A stretch of DNA of 48,719 bases from Amoebophrya sp. A120 (taxonomy: Eukaryota > Protista > Dinoflagellata): assembly GCA_905178155.1 (NCBI GenBank), contig CAJINV010000002.1, positions 12,716,568 to 12,765,286 of the forward strand, in the 5' to 3' direction. Positions 13,156 to 26,865 of this stretch are shown here, piece after piece. The notes below the pieces were generated by a model, which worked only from the letters and a program-made list of their open reading frames with translations, did no database searches and was not told the origin of the DNA. Both the position numbers and the translations under genes were made by a program. Numbering within the stretch: position 1 is the stretch's first letter; each line of letters starts with the position of its first letter.

Positions 13156-13702
13156 ATGAGTACCATGGTTTGGGTGAACAAGTTTGCGCGAGAGGAGGTC
13201 GTCAGCCTTGCAGTGGTAGGACAGTTTTTGGGCAGCACTGTTGCTATTCATGAAGAATCAAAATCAACTGCAATCACTGGTTTTTCAAAAGATAAAGAAT
13301 CAAAATCTTCAGGGTGCCAGCACAACTGCTGTCGCGTGCAGGGATGACAGGGTGCCGTTTGGTGCGTGCGGCTGCGACAAGCGACACCCACCCCACTGCT
13401 GCCTCTCGTTTTGCTGCGCGCCGTGCGTGCTGACTAACTACGAGGGGTGCTCGGTTTTGGCCATCTTTTCCTGGATGCCCTGCTTCACCTGGATTTTCGC
13501 CTTCTACGCCTCCTGTTGCTGGAATCCGCAGCTTCTTGGTGTGCACTACCGCGGCAGGGGGAAAGCTGCGGCAGCCATGCACCAGACGCACAAATACGCC
13601 CCGGCGGTTGTCGGAGAGCCCGTTGCCGGGACCAAAGGCGTATCTGCAGGGGGAGAATATGGAGGCAAGGGGATGAATGAAGGTTACTACTACACGAGCT
13701 AA
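13156..13702 (+). CDS. Small Cys-rich membrane protein (PLAC8-like CCxPC motif, tentative)
   Basis: Exon ending 13215, GT-AG intron 13216-13312, then CCLSFCCAPCVL and hydrophobic VLAIFSWMPCFTWIFAFYASCC. Start codon uncertain (13156 or 13165). Confidence 0.55.
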
Positions 13703-14896
13703 TGATATGTAACGAAAAATGTATCCACGACTCCACGCTGACGCTGCGGCCCTCATTGTTTTGAACCTTTTCGTCCCGAGCCGGACAGAGTTTTGTTTGG
13801 AGATCATTTTTAAATGGGAAGGAAAGCGACATTTTTGTGCTCAAAGAGATAGAATCTGAGTACTCACTTGCTTCTTTGCAGCTATTAGTCGCACTGATGC
13901 ATTGGATTGTATAATTCTAATCGCTGGCGATTCCCGTTTTGCAACGGAAAGTTATTTCGACTGTACCTGTTTGCGGGCTTACCGAGTCTTAATACTTTAG
14001 GGAGACGTTCGTTTCTCTTTTAATACCGACGAATACACAGATGAAAGTTAAATTTTTTCGCGAAAACATCTTCGTAGTGGGCCGCGGGGTAGCCTCTAGC
14101 TACGAAAACTAACGCTATTATAGCCCTGGTGGGTCTTGCTCCTGCATTGAGACTTGATGCTTTCTCACCTCTGGACTGGGGAAAGCACTAGCTTGGCCCT
14201 TCTCCTGAAACGGGAGAAGTAAAAGCAGTATAGCAGGGTGCGACACTGTATAATACATACATTAGTAGCAGAAATGATCAAGAGAAAACATGTCCTGGAA
14301 CCAAGGAAGGCAGCGACAGGAGATACGACACTTCGACAATCAACGACACTACTTTTCGAATGGCTGTTGCGAGTTGGGAAAATATATTTTACAAAGTGAA
14401 CTGTCCCTGTGCGGCCGAGTTTACCGGATGCCGCTTTCGCTGTTCTTCTTCATTTGTGCGTCCGTATGTGTCGGATCCGAGCTTTCTTGGCCACTTTGAG
14501 TCGGACGTTTTTGTCTCTTGCTGATCGAAGTTAAGTTCACCTGCTGGCTGCGCATCATGCGTACTGATTCTCATTGTCATTGCTCTCTGATGCGGCCTCG
14601 CGTACGCACTTCATATCGGCATTTCAGTTGCAACAGGCTGGGCTACACGAGTGTCGAAGCCTTGCTTCGTGGTCATCCTGCTCCTAGCAGCTGATGTCTT
14701 CGTCATTGACTGTGCTCAAGAACTTTTGTAGCACGTGTACGAACAAAGCCCATCTGTTTGCGCTATCACCACGTCTCATGACCGTGTACGCCTCGCCAAA
14801 GGACCAGTATCTATTATTCTCGCTCTTCTAGAAATGAAAATGCATTCTTGATGGTACACTGCCGTTGGATCTGATTCGCCTTCGTCAGAAGACGGT

Positions 14897-17600
14897 ATGA
14901 CGGCTTCGTCGCTTCTCAAAACTGAGTGGGACGCTCGACTGGAGGTGGTCACCAGTCTGCGGCACGAGCGACAGAAGCAGAAGCAGCAAGAGCTGCAGTC
15001 GCACCACGAGCAGCTCCGGGCAAAGGACGCCGAGATCTGCGAGCTACTCCATCTGCAGCAGCAGCACCTTCAGAAGATCCGAGACCTGGAAAAGCAGTTG
15101 CATCTCGCGGAGAAAAAACTGGGGTCTGCATCCGGCGGAGCGGGAAACAGTACTACAACCTCGAGGAAGAATTATCATTCTACAGCGAGCTCCTCCTGCT
15201 CTTCGAGCACATTTCAGCCCCACGGTCGATCGCACGGTGGCACGCAGGGCGCCGGAACGGCTGGCGGCGGAGTCACAAGGGCGACCTCTTCTACAAACGC
15301 GGTGGGAGCTGCGGCATCGTCAAACCCACCACAGCTACTCCCCGGCGGCCCTGGGCATGGTCAATATCAAAATAGCAATCTGCACCCGTCGTCGTATGTC
15401 CACAACAGTCAGGGGGTACAATCTCACAGCAGCAGCAGTAGTTCTTCGCACTACTATATCGAAAGGAAAAATCCCCCCTCCCCATATCGAAAACGAAATT
15501 TGTGATGCTGTATTTGAGGTCACAAATCGACTCGTCATGCTAGAAGGCCAAGAGCCGCAGTCGTGGCCTCGTTTGCAGGCAATTTGTCATGCTGTTTCCC
15601 ACTCTCAGCTGCCTCCTATCATGCTGAAGATGCAAGGCTTCCCCACGCCACCCAGCACTACAGCCCGCATCTTTTCCCGTGTAGCATGACAAAGCTGATT
15701 TGTGACAACAAATCTGCATCACAGATTTCCGTTTTGATATGGGGAGGGGGGATTTTTCCTTTTGATATACTACTCCAACGCCTATCACGCCCCCGACGAG
15801 GCCGGTGCGGGCTTTGGCGGTGGTGCAGGGCGGCACACGAAGGCTGCAAATCTTCAGAGTGCGAGGGGGGAACATTTCTACGCGTATGTGAATGGAGGTG
15901 GAGGTAGTGGCCAGCAGCATGCAGCGGAAAACACAAGAGGGGGACAAGGACTACATGCGCAGGTCCAGCACGGGGGTGCGACGGCCTCCAATCATGCACA
16001 CTCGTCCAGCATGCGGCACCTGCTTCAGTCCGAGCGGTTGGAAGCCCAGATATCCCCCGAAAGTGCTGCGTGAAGCTCGCGGTCAATGCTGGAGAATTTT
16101 TCTTCGTTGCGTTTTTGATTTGAAATAAAGCAATACGTGGTGCTTCCGTCTTCAGGCGTAAACGTAGGGAGTAGCTCACTATCTGAAGCGGCGCTGCAGC
16201 CCTGTGATGGTCTTTGCGCAAAGATTATTTATATGTCTTTCTGTGTATGAGTTTGAGTATGCAAATGCATAAAAGACTTGTACTTGACTCACGACTTTGT
16301 GCCGGGATAGGTGAAGATGCACTCGCAAAAAGTGGACTTGGAGTCGAAGCTGCAGTCGCAGAATCAGCACAATCTGCAGTTGAAGGAGAATTTGCAGAAT
16401 CTGAAGAAGCAATTGGAGACGGAGCGGAAGGAGAAGCTGCGCTACTTTGCGGAAGTGAAGAAGCTGCAGCACCAAAACGACGCCCACCGAATCCCCCACG
16501 CGTGCAACTTGGCGGCGCAGGCGCAGCAGAACCCGAGGTCGGGAAGCGCGGCAATGTACACCGGCACTGCACCGGGTGGAGGCGGAAGCTCTTCGTCCAC
16601 CGCGAACGGACCGGCATCAATGTCTCACCGCAGCGGAGCACAAAGCGCCGCGGCTCCCGGCGCTCGCGAGCGCTCGAACTCCGGGGACCGCGGAAGGCAA
16701 ACGAAGGGCAGCAGCGCTCCCAATGGCGCGCCGCCGGCACCGGTGCAACAAGCGAATCATGACAGGCGCGACCGTTCCCACTCAGGCGAAAAGAAGATGA
16801 GCGCCCGCGGTGCCGACCGCTCACACTCCGGGAATCGACCGCAGCGCCTTGCGAACGCGTTTGGAAATTACTGCCTCGCGGATCACGGTATCGGTGTCCC
16901 AGGATTTTTTCGATTGTTTTTGCATCGTGCACTCTGGCTAAGCCTCATACGTTGAGTTCGTGCGCGATCATGCACGGATCGTTGCATTGCATGGAGCTGT
17001 ACCTTCCATATGATTTTTGAAACAGACCGACTAAGCGGAGGCTCGTCCCTTCACCGACCGGGTTCCGCACGAAGAAGTCACACGGACGAGCGGCGCGGAG
17101 GTAATTGTCACTTCAACAGAATTTTCTTTCGTGTAAGGCTCCTCGGCATTTTGGGAGGTTTTTACCTGGACAAATGCAACAAGAAATATGAAAAATTTGG
17201 AAAGATGGCATGTGGATTGGTCAATGAAAGGCTTCTTCTGCCACGGATTGGAAAAACTTCCCTTTCGCCAGGCCCCGCCGCGCCGAAAATGACGGCCTCG
17301 GCGCAATCGGAGAGCAGCAGCCGCTTACACAGCGGAGGCCGCGCGTCGCCGAAAACCTACACGGACACTGCCGGCGCCGGGGGCTTGGAAGACGCGATGG
17401 CGGCCAGCAGCACGCGATTTGGGTCGTCGCACCGCGTAGCTATGGAGACAAAGTTGCGGCGGCCGCAGTCTCCAAGGGGGCGCAGTCCGCGGTTCGCAGC
17501 GCCGCAGCGGTTTCACCCCGGCGGTGCGTCGCAGGACGCAGCGGCCCCGCAAAAGAACCACATGGCCGCGTACTACGCCTCGCAAAACGCCGCACGGTGA
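14897..17600 (+). CDS. Coiled-coil / Ser-Gly low-complexity hypothetical protein
   Basis: Heptad-rich segments (LRAKDAEICELL..IRDLEKQL; LQLKENLQNLKKQLETERKEK). Interrupted by an element at 15457, an AT..AG intron 16050-16310, and GT-AG introns 16888-17025 and about 17102-17271. A small upstream exon near 14778 is possible. Confidence 0.7.
15457..15767. mobile_element. Introner element with long (about 55-90 bp, imperfect) TIRs
   Basis: TATCGAAAGGAAAAATCCCCCCTCCCCATATC.. pairs with ..GATATGGGGAGGGGGGATTTTTCCTTTTGATA; TSD TACTA at 15452-15456 and 15768-15772. Removal gives ..SHYY|SNAYH. Confidence 0.9.
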
Positions 17601-18275
17601 TCATGGGAACGAAGTGCGAAAGTGTGGACGGGAATGAGAGCGTTGAGCCCCTTATTTGTGGCAGTCCAGAGTCAATGTTCTTCCTCTTTTTATTCTATAA
17701 TACGCAATTTTTTTTCAGCTGATCCCGGGACATTTGTTTCCCTCATGATGCATTGCAGCATTCGCTTCAAGTGTAGGTGACCGACACAAATCGAATTTTA
17801 TGGCTAGCTTTCGAACACCAGCATGTACCTCGTCGACGTTGCTGTTAGTCATGAGTTAGTTCTTGTTCAGTTGAAGCGATGCTTTTTGTGCAGTTGCTCT
17901 CGGTTCGGCTCTGAGAGACACAAGAACGGGAGATCGAGTGGACGCTGGTGCAAGCACTGAAGCAAGTCTGTCAGGACCTCGATCTCGTTGAAGAGCTGAT
18001 GTCGCGATCTGAAAGTGCAGGCTATTTCAGCAGAGATCGATGCATCAAAAGAACCACGGACTGATGAATCTTGCTTCTCCTCCTCCTGAAAATGGAATGT
18101 ATCAATTTGTCGTTTTTCGGATCTCATAGTAATTCTTTGGCGAGTGCGAAGTACTATTTAACGCAGGAGCTTCCGTCGCGTCCAAGCGAGTAGCTGCTGT
18201 CGTTATCTTCGCAGCTCCGGTATGCGGAGCAGTAGTGACCACGGATATAGTATTTTGAAACTAGAAAAAATGCAA

Positions 18276-20087
18276 ATGGCGCCGAAACCAACGAGATGCG
18301 TCGCGGCGACATCGGTTCTACTGTTGCTGCCTATCCTACACAAATGCTGAGAAAAATTGCAAGGTCCGAACTTGTCATTCTCAGTGAGCACAGTGTCTTA
18401 ATTTATCTACAAGTCTCTCTCAAGGTTAAGTCGCAGCATCCATGCAGTGAGGCAATGTCAAGCATGACAAGTTTCGGTGAAGACTGTCGTCAGCACATGT
18501 TTCCTCAGCATAAGTTTCTCGTCCTGGTTTGCGTGGCGCGCAGGAACTTTCGTGCAGTTGGAGGAGGTTTTCAGTACGTCGCAATATGCGGCCTGGGTGG
18601 GAATGCAGGCGGAAGGTCAGTTGACCGATCGGCTGCCAAGTTGGGCGCGCGAGTGCAAAACCATCTACATGGACATGGGTTCTAACCGCGGCGTTCAGGT
18701 GCGCAAGCTGTTCGAGCCCGAGCGCTACCCGAATTCGCTAGTCTTTCCGATTTTCCAAGCGAAGTACTACGACAATCCGGAGGACGAGACTCCAAAAATG
18801 GCGGACGGCCCTGCAACCCCTCCTCGTCCGATGTTCCGCGGCGGAACAGGTAGTTCGTCCCCGCGACCGCAGGGGAAACTTCTCCCCTCCGTGTGCGCGT
18901 TCGGCTTCGAGCCCAACCCGAACCACCACCTGCGGTTGGCGCGGCTGCAGGCGGCCTACCAGAGTCGCGGGTGGCGGGTGCACTTTTTTCCTCGGGGTGT
19001 CTGGGTGCGAAATGAAACCTTGACATTTACCGGGCGGCAAGAAACGAAGTCCGTGTACAGCTTATCCGAGGGTGGGGCGCGTCTGGTGGTGACCGCGAAG
19101 AAGGACCACAACGGAGCAGGGGCTACTTCGCGGCAAGAGCCGAAGACGCACCACGCCGGCGACGTGAAGATTCAGACCATCGACATCGCCGACCTTCTCC
19201 GCACACTGCAGGTGGGCCAGCGAGCCACGATACCCTACTGGAAGATGGACATCGAAGGCGCGGAGTGGCGCGTTATCCCACAAAAAAGCTGGCAGGGCAT
19301 CGGCATATTTGTAATGCAAAAATCAATACACAGAAAAATCTGTCATGGGCGGCCTCATAGCATGCTGTTTAGGATACGCAGTGCAGATTTCTTTGTGTAT
19401 GTATTTTTGCATTACAAATGTGACCTGCCAGCTTTTTTCTGTGGGATACGCGTGCTCCCGTATCTGAAGGAGAGCGGGTTTCTCTCGGCCTCGCGCGTCG
19501 CGGAAATTGGTTTGGAGTACCACTGCGGACCGGAGTACGACCAAAGTTTTGGCAGCAGTGCGAAGTCCTGGATGCCGACGGCGGAGTGCTTCGCGGTGAC
19601 GCAGGCAGCCGCGGGGAAGTCGCCGCCGGGGATGAAGGCTAGTATCCTAAACGCGTCACCCACGACGTCGAAGGACCCGTTCGGCGACGCGGTTGTGGCG
19701 GCGGTGCAGAAGCGGTTGAATCCGGAGCAGAGCTGGCTGGATTCGCTCACCGGGAAGGCACGACAAGCGCCCGTGACGAAAATCTTGAATCTGGACGACG
19801 AAACCTACGTGAATGACGGCGGGAACAGCGATTTTTACGGGTACGGTGCCGCGCCGCTTTTCTGGTTCGTCGTGATGTGCATCTGGAACGTGTTGCTACT
19901 CTGCGCAGTGGCGTTCTCGCACATTTCAAGCAGAACTTCTCTAGGCCGTTCCGCCGCGGACAGCAGCCGAAAGAACCACGTAGGCGAACCTCCGGAGTCA
20001 GCGGGATTGGTGCCGCAGCTGCCGGTGGGAGCGTCAGTCGAGGAGCTGGAAATGACAAAGACTGTCGGGGCACGCCCGTTAGAATGA
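18276..20087 (+). CDS. FkbM-family SAM-dependent methyltransferase with N-terminal signal-like segment and C-terminal transmembrane helix
   Basis: Motifs IYMDMGSNRG, AFGFEPNP and WKMDIEGAE; TM PLFWFVVMCIWNVLLLCAVAF. Inferred first intron 18331-18513 gives MAPKPTRCVAATSVLLLL|RFSSWFAW. A second intron is the element at 19274. Confidence 0.75.
19274..19448. mobile_element. Introner element, in-frame and stop-free
   Basis: TIR TATCCCACAAAAAAGCTGGCAGG / CCTGCCAGCTTTTTTCTGTGGGATA; TSD CGCGT at 19269-19273 and 19449-19453. Removal restores EGAEWRVLPYL. Confidence 0.92.
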
Positions 20088-20500
20088 ATTTTAACGAAGA
20101 TGACAATCGATAGAAGATTTGAATACACTTTTTCAATGTCAATAGCCCGCATGCCTTTGGGGCACATTGTTTTACTTCTGCGGATAGAGCGAGAGCGTCG
20201 TTCTACTTTTCGCATAAGTTGCCCCCAGGAAGCAGAGACTACTTTGGTTCTTATCCATTTAGTCTTGCGCGCTGGCGCCACGAAGGAAATTTTATCAAAA
20301 GCTGCACTCTCATAGAAATTCAGAATCGACTTCGACGCAACTGTGACAGACGTCACTTTGCAATTGCAGCGGTTTCTGAACTTCCACCTCTTCGTTCATT
20401 TGAACTACATCAGAGGTAATGAGTAACTCTAGTTCTCCAGATTTAGTTCAAGAAAAGCCTCTGACAACGGAGCGAGTTCCGTTTTGGACCTATCTTTGAA

Positions 20501-20543
20501 CTTATTTTTGTTTTTCCGAGCTTATTTTTGTTTTTCCGAGCTT
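20501..20543. repeat. 20-bp tandem duplication (intergenic)
   Basis: CTTATTTTTGTTTTTCCGAG twice, plus CTT. Confidence 0.9.
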
Positions 20544-21256
20544 CCGGTACAAGCTGTCTCAAGTTAGTTTGAAATTGAAAATTCGTACCGACAACTGATA
20601 GCGGCGGCACGGTATCCGTGTCTGCAGACGAAAGTCGAACAGATGACAACAAACGCGTCCGTGTAAAATATGATCCGCTGTATGTCGTCAGATTGTTCCG
20701 CACACAAGTCAACAGTGTCGCGCTACTGAGAAGAGCATGTGCACTGACCCACGTTATCCTCAAAAATGGTAGGGTATTCGGAGCACTCTAGAGGTTGATT
20801 CGCGTTTTCGCTTTGTCGTTTTGTTGTAAGTTGTTATTTCGTTAAGTAGCATCCATCGTCAGAGGGAGGAGAAGATCATGTTGATGCATGAATCACCGGC
20901 GCATCGAGAGACAGAGAGATGGGAGAAGGCGGCTCTCGTCTTCGGCGATGTCTGTTTATGACATGGTCAAGATATTTCTGATTATGAAAAACGAACTGGT
21001 TTGCAGGTACTATATACTTTTCTTTGAAAAAGAAAATTAGGCGCAGTGACAGCATCCCCCGTGGTCCGAATGACACAGAGGGCAAGAAGACTGTCTGAAG
21101 TGTAGATCACGGCGACATGAGATGTAGAGGGCGGCAACTGCTGCAGGAGCACGTCTGCCGACGGCGACGCGCAGTTCTTGTAGAGTGAAACTCCCCAACA
21201 TATTGCCTTGCCAGCCCGCGTGAGGAGCGGGAGCGGACGTCGCGGCGGCAGCAAAA

Positions 21257-24200
21257 ATGAGCGAGGATCCGACGCAGCGGTATGTGCTGGTGGTGGTTGG
21301 TATGCAATACAAATTTCCTGTACATGTACAAAATGCATCACAAGTTTTGCCAATTTGGGGTGTCACACTTGTCATGCTACACTAGGATCGAAGCCCAGCT
21401 TTGTCACGCAGAGACCGCATTTGTACGTGTACGGAAAATTTACTATGGATAGTTGGGCCCGTCGAGGCCGCCACCATCGAGGCGAACATGGAGAAGGTCG
21501 GTGGGACCGCCCGGGACGTGCTGCGGCGGCAGCCGGATCTGCCCGTGCCCGAGCTCACGGACGAGGAGAAGCAGGCGCTGAAGGAGCAACAGGAGCAGGA
21601 GGAGCGCGAGCGGCAGGAGCGGGACGCGTTTTCGACGGGCGGGAGTCCCGCAGCCTCGTCCCGTTCCTCGCCGTCCAAGTCCCCCCGGCCCTTCCGACCC
21701 TACGCCCAGGCGCAGGAACGGAAGAAGCGACGGGAATCGGAAACCCGGATCGAGATCGGGGGAGAGGAGATCATCATGAAGTCCGAGCTATCCAGCGCGA
21801 ATCAAAACATACGACTGTCTTAGTAGTCATACGCGATGAAGAATATTAGTAGAGGAGCTGTCCGTGTAGTTCTCGTGTGGTGGGCGGTCTGTTTCTTGGA
21901 ATATGACGAGCGCTATGTAAGTTTTTTGATTGTCGTCGTCGTGAGGTAGCAGAAACTTTCAGATACGATTTGATTTCGCGTATGGCTACATGGCAGCACA
22001 TATTAATTTTGCACTTGATACGAGCCAGTGGTCTACCGCGTGTACGAACCCGGAGCGGATGAACTCGAGCAACTGTACACGAAAATCAACTACCTCAAGA
22101 TCCTCGAGGCCGAGGCGCAGCGCAAACACCGCGAAAAAGCGCGAAAAAAAGAGAAAGAAGACCGCGAGAGGAAGGTCATGGAGGAGAGAAAAAAGGCAGC
22201 TGCGGTAAGTAATTTTCATAAACACTTTGTGTATAATGCTTTGTGCTGTCGCAGCTGCTGAGATGCACCCTTAGGTACTTGTACTTGGATAATATTTTGC
22301 CTGCAAACATCAAATGAATCCAGTGTAGATCTCTGCCCAAGTAGCAGGACGGGGTCAGCACTGGTCGCGTAAAACCGTTGCATCTCGTAATAACGTCATT
22401 TCATCCCGCTCATCTTTCATTACTGCAGGCGGCGCGCGCCATTGCCGGCGAGGAAGAGCCCGAGACGGACGAAGAGGCTGAGGACCCGGAGGAGGTGATC
22501 AGCAAGCGGCCAAAGATTCGCGACCGTTACCGAATGGCGCTGGAGGCGAACTCGACGCTGCAGCTGCTTCCGAAATTGGAGGGGGAGGACGACGACCTCG
22601 ATGACTGGGACGGCCCCTTCAAGTTGGACGTGGAAGTCATCGTCAAGGGCAAGGACTGGGTCATGGAAGATTCCGAGACCAGCACCGAGGCGGAAACGAC
22701 CGAGGAAGGGCTCAGCTCCGTCGAGGAAGTCGAAGCGTACTTATTGACGTGTTACTTTATGTTGTGCCTGCTATCCAACTTTTATTTAATGTGCCTGCTG
22801 TCGCACTTGTTTTTTTTAAATTTTGGCTGCGACAACCACCCCTTTAACCCCGCACTTTTTGTGTAGTAGTGCGTCGAGATGATCATGCCTGAGTTTCATA
22901 TAACATCATCCACATCGCATAATGAATTGGCCGCAGATTCGGGATGCGCCGCATTGCTTTGCTGTTCGACATTGCGCCGCAGTTTGGGGGGCAGCTGACG
23001 AAGTTTTTGGTGGACATGCAGCGGTTTTTTACGCAGCAGGTGCTGGACAAGTTCGCGATCCTCGGTCCGGAGTCCAGCCTGCGGCCGGAAATCACGCTGA
23101 CCCCCCAGGAGGGCATCTTCCTGCTGACCTACAAAGTCAACATCCCCACGGACGACCCCAATTGCCCGCAAGAGGAGCAGATTCAGGGCGTTGTCGAGGA
23201 CGCGCTGATGGAGATTCTCGTAAAGATCTGCGGAGCCGCGGCGAGGAATGCGTTTAAGCGCCGGGGCTCCATCGACCCCAACGACCTGGTCGGCGGCAGG
23301 GACGGCGCGGGGTCCGAGGGCGGCACCGGGGGCGACAAGTCCAGCAAGGACAAGAAGAAGGGCGCGCTGCTGGGCAAAAAGAAAAAGGACGGCGATGGCA
23401 TGGACGGCATCAGCGGGCAGCCGAAGCGGAAGGTGCGCGAGATCTCGGAGGAGGAACAGCAGGTGTTCATCACGCAGCTCCTGCAGGAGATGGAGTACCG
23501 CATGAAAGCACTGGAGGCGGTCCGCGTTATGTGGGCGGACAACAATGGCTACCAGCCCCAGATCTGGGGGAAAGGAGACACCTTCGCAGCGAAAGGTATC
23601 GGAGATTGATCGTGAGGCTATGTTCTTTTGATCGGAAAACAAAAGGCAAAAATGAGAGTGTACTTATGAGCTAAATATGCAAAGTAAACCTATTTGGTGA
23701 AATTGAAACTCCCCCCATACTGATTAATTTTGCGCTGCTTTAGAAGTACCGAGAGTCTTAATCCTAATCCTTCAACAGAGGGGAACCAGATGGATCCGAT
23801 GGGGCGGCCGATGATGAAAACCAAGCCCGACGGAATCGTGCCAGAGACGCGAAAGACCACGCAGTTTATGATGCCGCACATGCTGAAGCCCGACCCGACG
23901 GGGGAGCGGCAGAAGTGGGAGCTACAGCAGCAGCGGAAGCTGGCCGCAGACCCCAACTACAAGGTGCAGCCGCTGCACCCGAGCGACCCGCTCGCCCAGT
24001 TCACGCCGTTCGAGCAGCTGACGCCGCGGACCAAGGCGCGCATCGACTTGAACAACCCGCAGTCGTTTGCGAACTACCAGAAACGGCAGAAATTTCTCAT
24101 GAGCGGGAAGTACATGGAGGCGATCAGCGACCACATCCACGAGAAATTCGACCAGGGGTTCTACTCGCGCGAGATGCAGACCATGTACAAGAAGGTGGCC

Positions 24201-25866
24201 GACCGGCGGATGCAGAACTCGAAAAACTGGAAGCCCAAGCCGTTGTTCATGCAGAAGAAGGTGCGCATACGGCCGGACCACGAGGACATCGGGGAAGACG
24301 AAAGCTCGAAGGCGAGTTCCAAGTTCGACGCAAACGCCGCCCTGGATTCCGCTTTGGGGGGCGGGGACGCAAAGTCGGCGAGCGGTAGTTCCAAACAGAA
24401 GGACGCGGAGAGCTCGGCAAAAACGCGGTCCTCGAGGCTGTCGGATGTGAGCTCGAAACTTGCGGGCACCCACACGGAAGGTTTCTTTTTTCTCGAAGTA
24501 GTAAATGCCAAGTTGTTTCTGTGTACCAGCCTATAGCTTTGGGTTAGTCTCTCTTTCTATGATGATGACGGGGCTCGTGATGAGATACTAGTAGTGCTAG
24601 TGAGAATTGCCGCACGACACAACTACAACTTCTCCGCAGTGAACGAGACGGGTTACAGTAAAGAGGCCTTGCAGAAATGGAACATTCTCGACCCGGAGGT
24701 CATCGAGCGCCTTTCCAAGCGTGTCATAACGGAGCCCAAGCACCTGGACCCTAAGTTCATCGAAAAGATGGAAAAAGACATATCACATGCAAAATCTGTC
24801 CTTTGCAAACTAAAAACACCTCGTAGACGTAGAGAAAAAGTAGAAGCAGTAGACTGTACAACTCCTGAAATTATCGAGGAACAAACCAGGGTAGAAAATC
24901 AGGAGCATCTAGTACTCCACAAAGTTGTACAGAGCGAGGGCGGTTTTTTTGATTGTGATATGGCAAGAAAAGACGCGAACTCCTCCAGAAAAGGAAGCGG
25001 CGGCAACTCATCCTGGAGTATCGGAGAAGTAAAAGCGCACCGAAGGAAGAGAAGAAAAAACAAGTTGTACTATTTCAGTCTTTGAAAAAAGCGACGTGTA
25101 ACGTTGACGGAGGTTCAATGAAGTTTGCAATGATCCCCGTGAAGTTCTTCCAAGTTTTTGCTCAAATTGAAATTAACGATGATCTGTAGAAACTTTTGAA
25201 AACAATTACAGGAGGAGCCAGAAGCCGGGGCCGCGGGTCTCGCAAAGCTCCAGCAGAAAAAGGGCAAAAAAGCCTCCTCCGCGCGCGGCAGCGGTAGCGA
25301 CGAGAGTTACGCCACTGAAAATTGCCGATACAATGTCTGCTGATTGGCATCGAGAGGGCACGCATAAAAATTTCTCTATGCGCCGTAGCTTAAACTCACA
25401 CTTGGAATAGTCGCTCGAACAGTCTTGCAAAGACAGAGCAGCGGGCAATTTTCGTGTGCATACGAATCCTTCAAAATCGAAGAGTGCGGACGATAACAGC
25501 TCGGCGACGTCGAGCTCCAAGGGGAAGAAGCAAGTCTCGATAGAAGCGTCCAACAAACCGTCGAAGCAGCTGTGGTCCGAATACAGCCGGCTTCGGGACG
25601 ACATTTACGAAAACTTTGTCAAGTACGGCAAGGGATCCAAACCGAATCTAAAGGACCTGTTCAACGACCAGTTTGGCACCTACAAGCGGCTGGTGGAGGA
25701 CCAGCAGGAATTCCCGCCCGAGGTCATGGCAGATTTGGAGGCGAAGGGACAGCCCCCCGCCGGCTCCGTGGAAGCGAAAAAGCTTGGCTTAGCTGCGGAT
25801 GCGGGCGGTGGCGCCGACTCACCTGGTAGGGTTGCCGCGTCGCCCGGCGGCGCGGCGTCCCCGTAG
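21257..25866 (+). CDS. Large multi-exon charged (E/K/R-rich) hypothetical protein; 5' end may extend upstream
   Basis: High-GC3 exons near 21457-21808, 22022-22204, 22429-22737, 22938-23595, 23780-24480, 24640-24779, 24962-25066, 25212-25330 and 25480-25866, separated by GT-AG and TAT..ATA-type introns. Some boundaries are approximate. No domain recognised. Confidence 0.65.
21301..21451. mobile_element. Introner element
   Basis: Imperfect TIR TATGCAATACAAATTTCCTGTACATGTACAAA / TTTGTACGTGTACGGAAAATTTACTATGGATA; TSD GTTGG at 21296-21300 and 21452-21456. Confidence 0.87.
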
Positions 25867-26865
25867 TCGAACTGCACGCAGCAATGTTTCGTGTTTCCGC
25901 GCTGAAGAACCTTTTCCGGTTCTCTTTCGTTTCAGCTTTTTTTTGTAAAATTTCAAAAAATGAGGGCGCGTATTCTCGACCCTATTTTTACGTATAACTT
26001 GTTCTTACCTTTCTGCTTACTTTCACTTTTCGACTTAGTCGTAGAGAATGTTTAGTCTTGTTAGCATGCCCGTCCGGTTCTTGTCGGCCCCCGGGTCGCA
26101 CCGGTGGCAAGTCTTACTTTTCTTTGATGAATCTTACAATTGAATCAATGAATGTAGTCTGCGGAAAATATTGCTGCGCGCGCTGCTGCTACCGCACCTC
26201 TTGTCACCTTGTTTAGGAAAAATATGCGCACTGCGGCTCATTCGCAAATGTCACCAGAAATGTCGAGGAGCGAGCTGTCGTTTGACGCTTGCCAGGAGCT
26301 GAAATGACTTGACACCTGTATAATCAATTCAGAACAATCAACAAAACCAGAAATGAGCTTGTAGACCAAAAGCAACCGCAAAGGTTATTGCCGCACCGAT
26401 AAAAGAAGTCGTGAAAATGAAAGGCTGCAAGACCCTGCGAAATGCAGAGAAAGGAAGTAGTATTTGTTGTTGATACACAAAACAATTGAAGATCGCGTAT
26501 TTGACCCCGGTCTGGTAAAGAACTCAAGGAGGGGCAGGCCAGACACGACCGTGCGGAGTGTGGCTGCATTACGAGTGGGTAGGAGCGCCGCGGACGAGCG
26601 TCTGAGAAAAACAGTTTTTTTTTCGCTCTGTTTGAAGCAAATGGATGCCATAGCGGCATGAAGTCGTCCCTCCGTGATTATCTCCACTTCCGGTTCTTTC
26701 GTGGCAGTTGTTTTATCCTAGAGAAGTAACACCCAGAAGCTCCTGGGTGGAGTAGCTTGGTTGTCGCTGATGCGGTAGCCGCTATAAGACCCAGGCGGAG
26801 GAGGTGATTTGGTACCTTTGTGGAAAGCAGGACGACGGACGCCCCCGTGTTCCGGCCCCGTTACC

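Noticed and set aside
24594-25085. 163-aa read-through ORF
   Set aside because: It spans a TATCACA..TGTGATA intron. The frame after removal (DGKKRRELLQKRKRRQLILEY) has better codon usage, so the read-through is probably coincidental.
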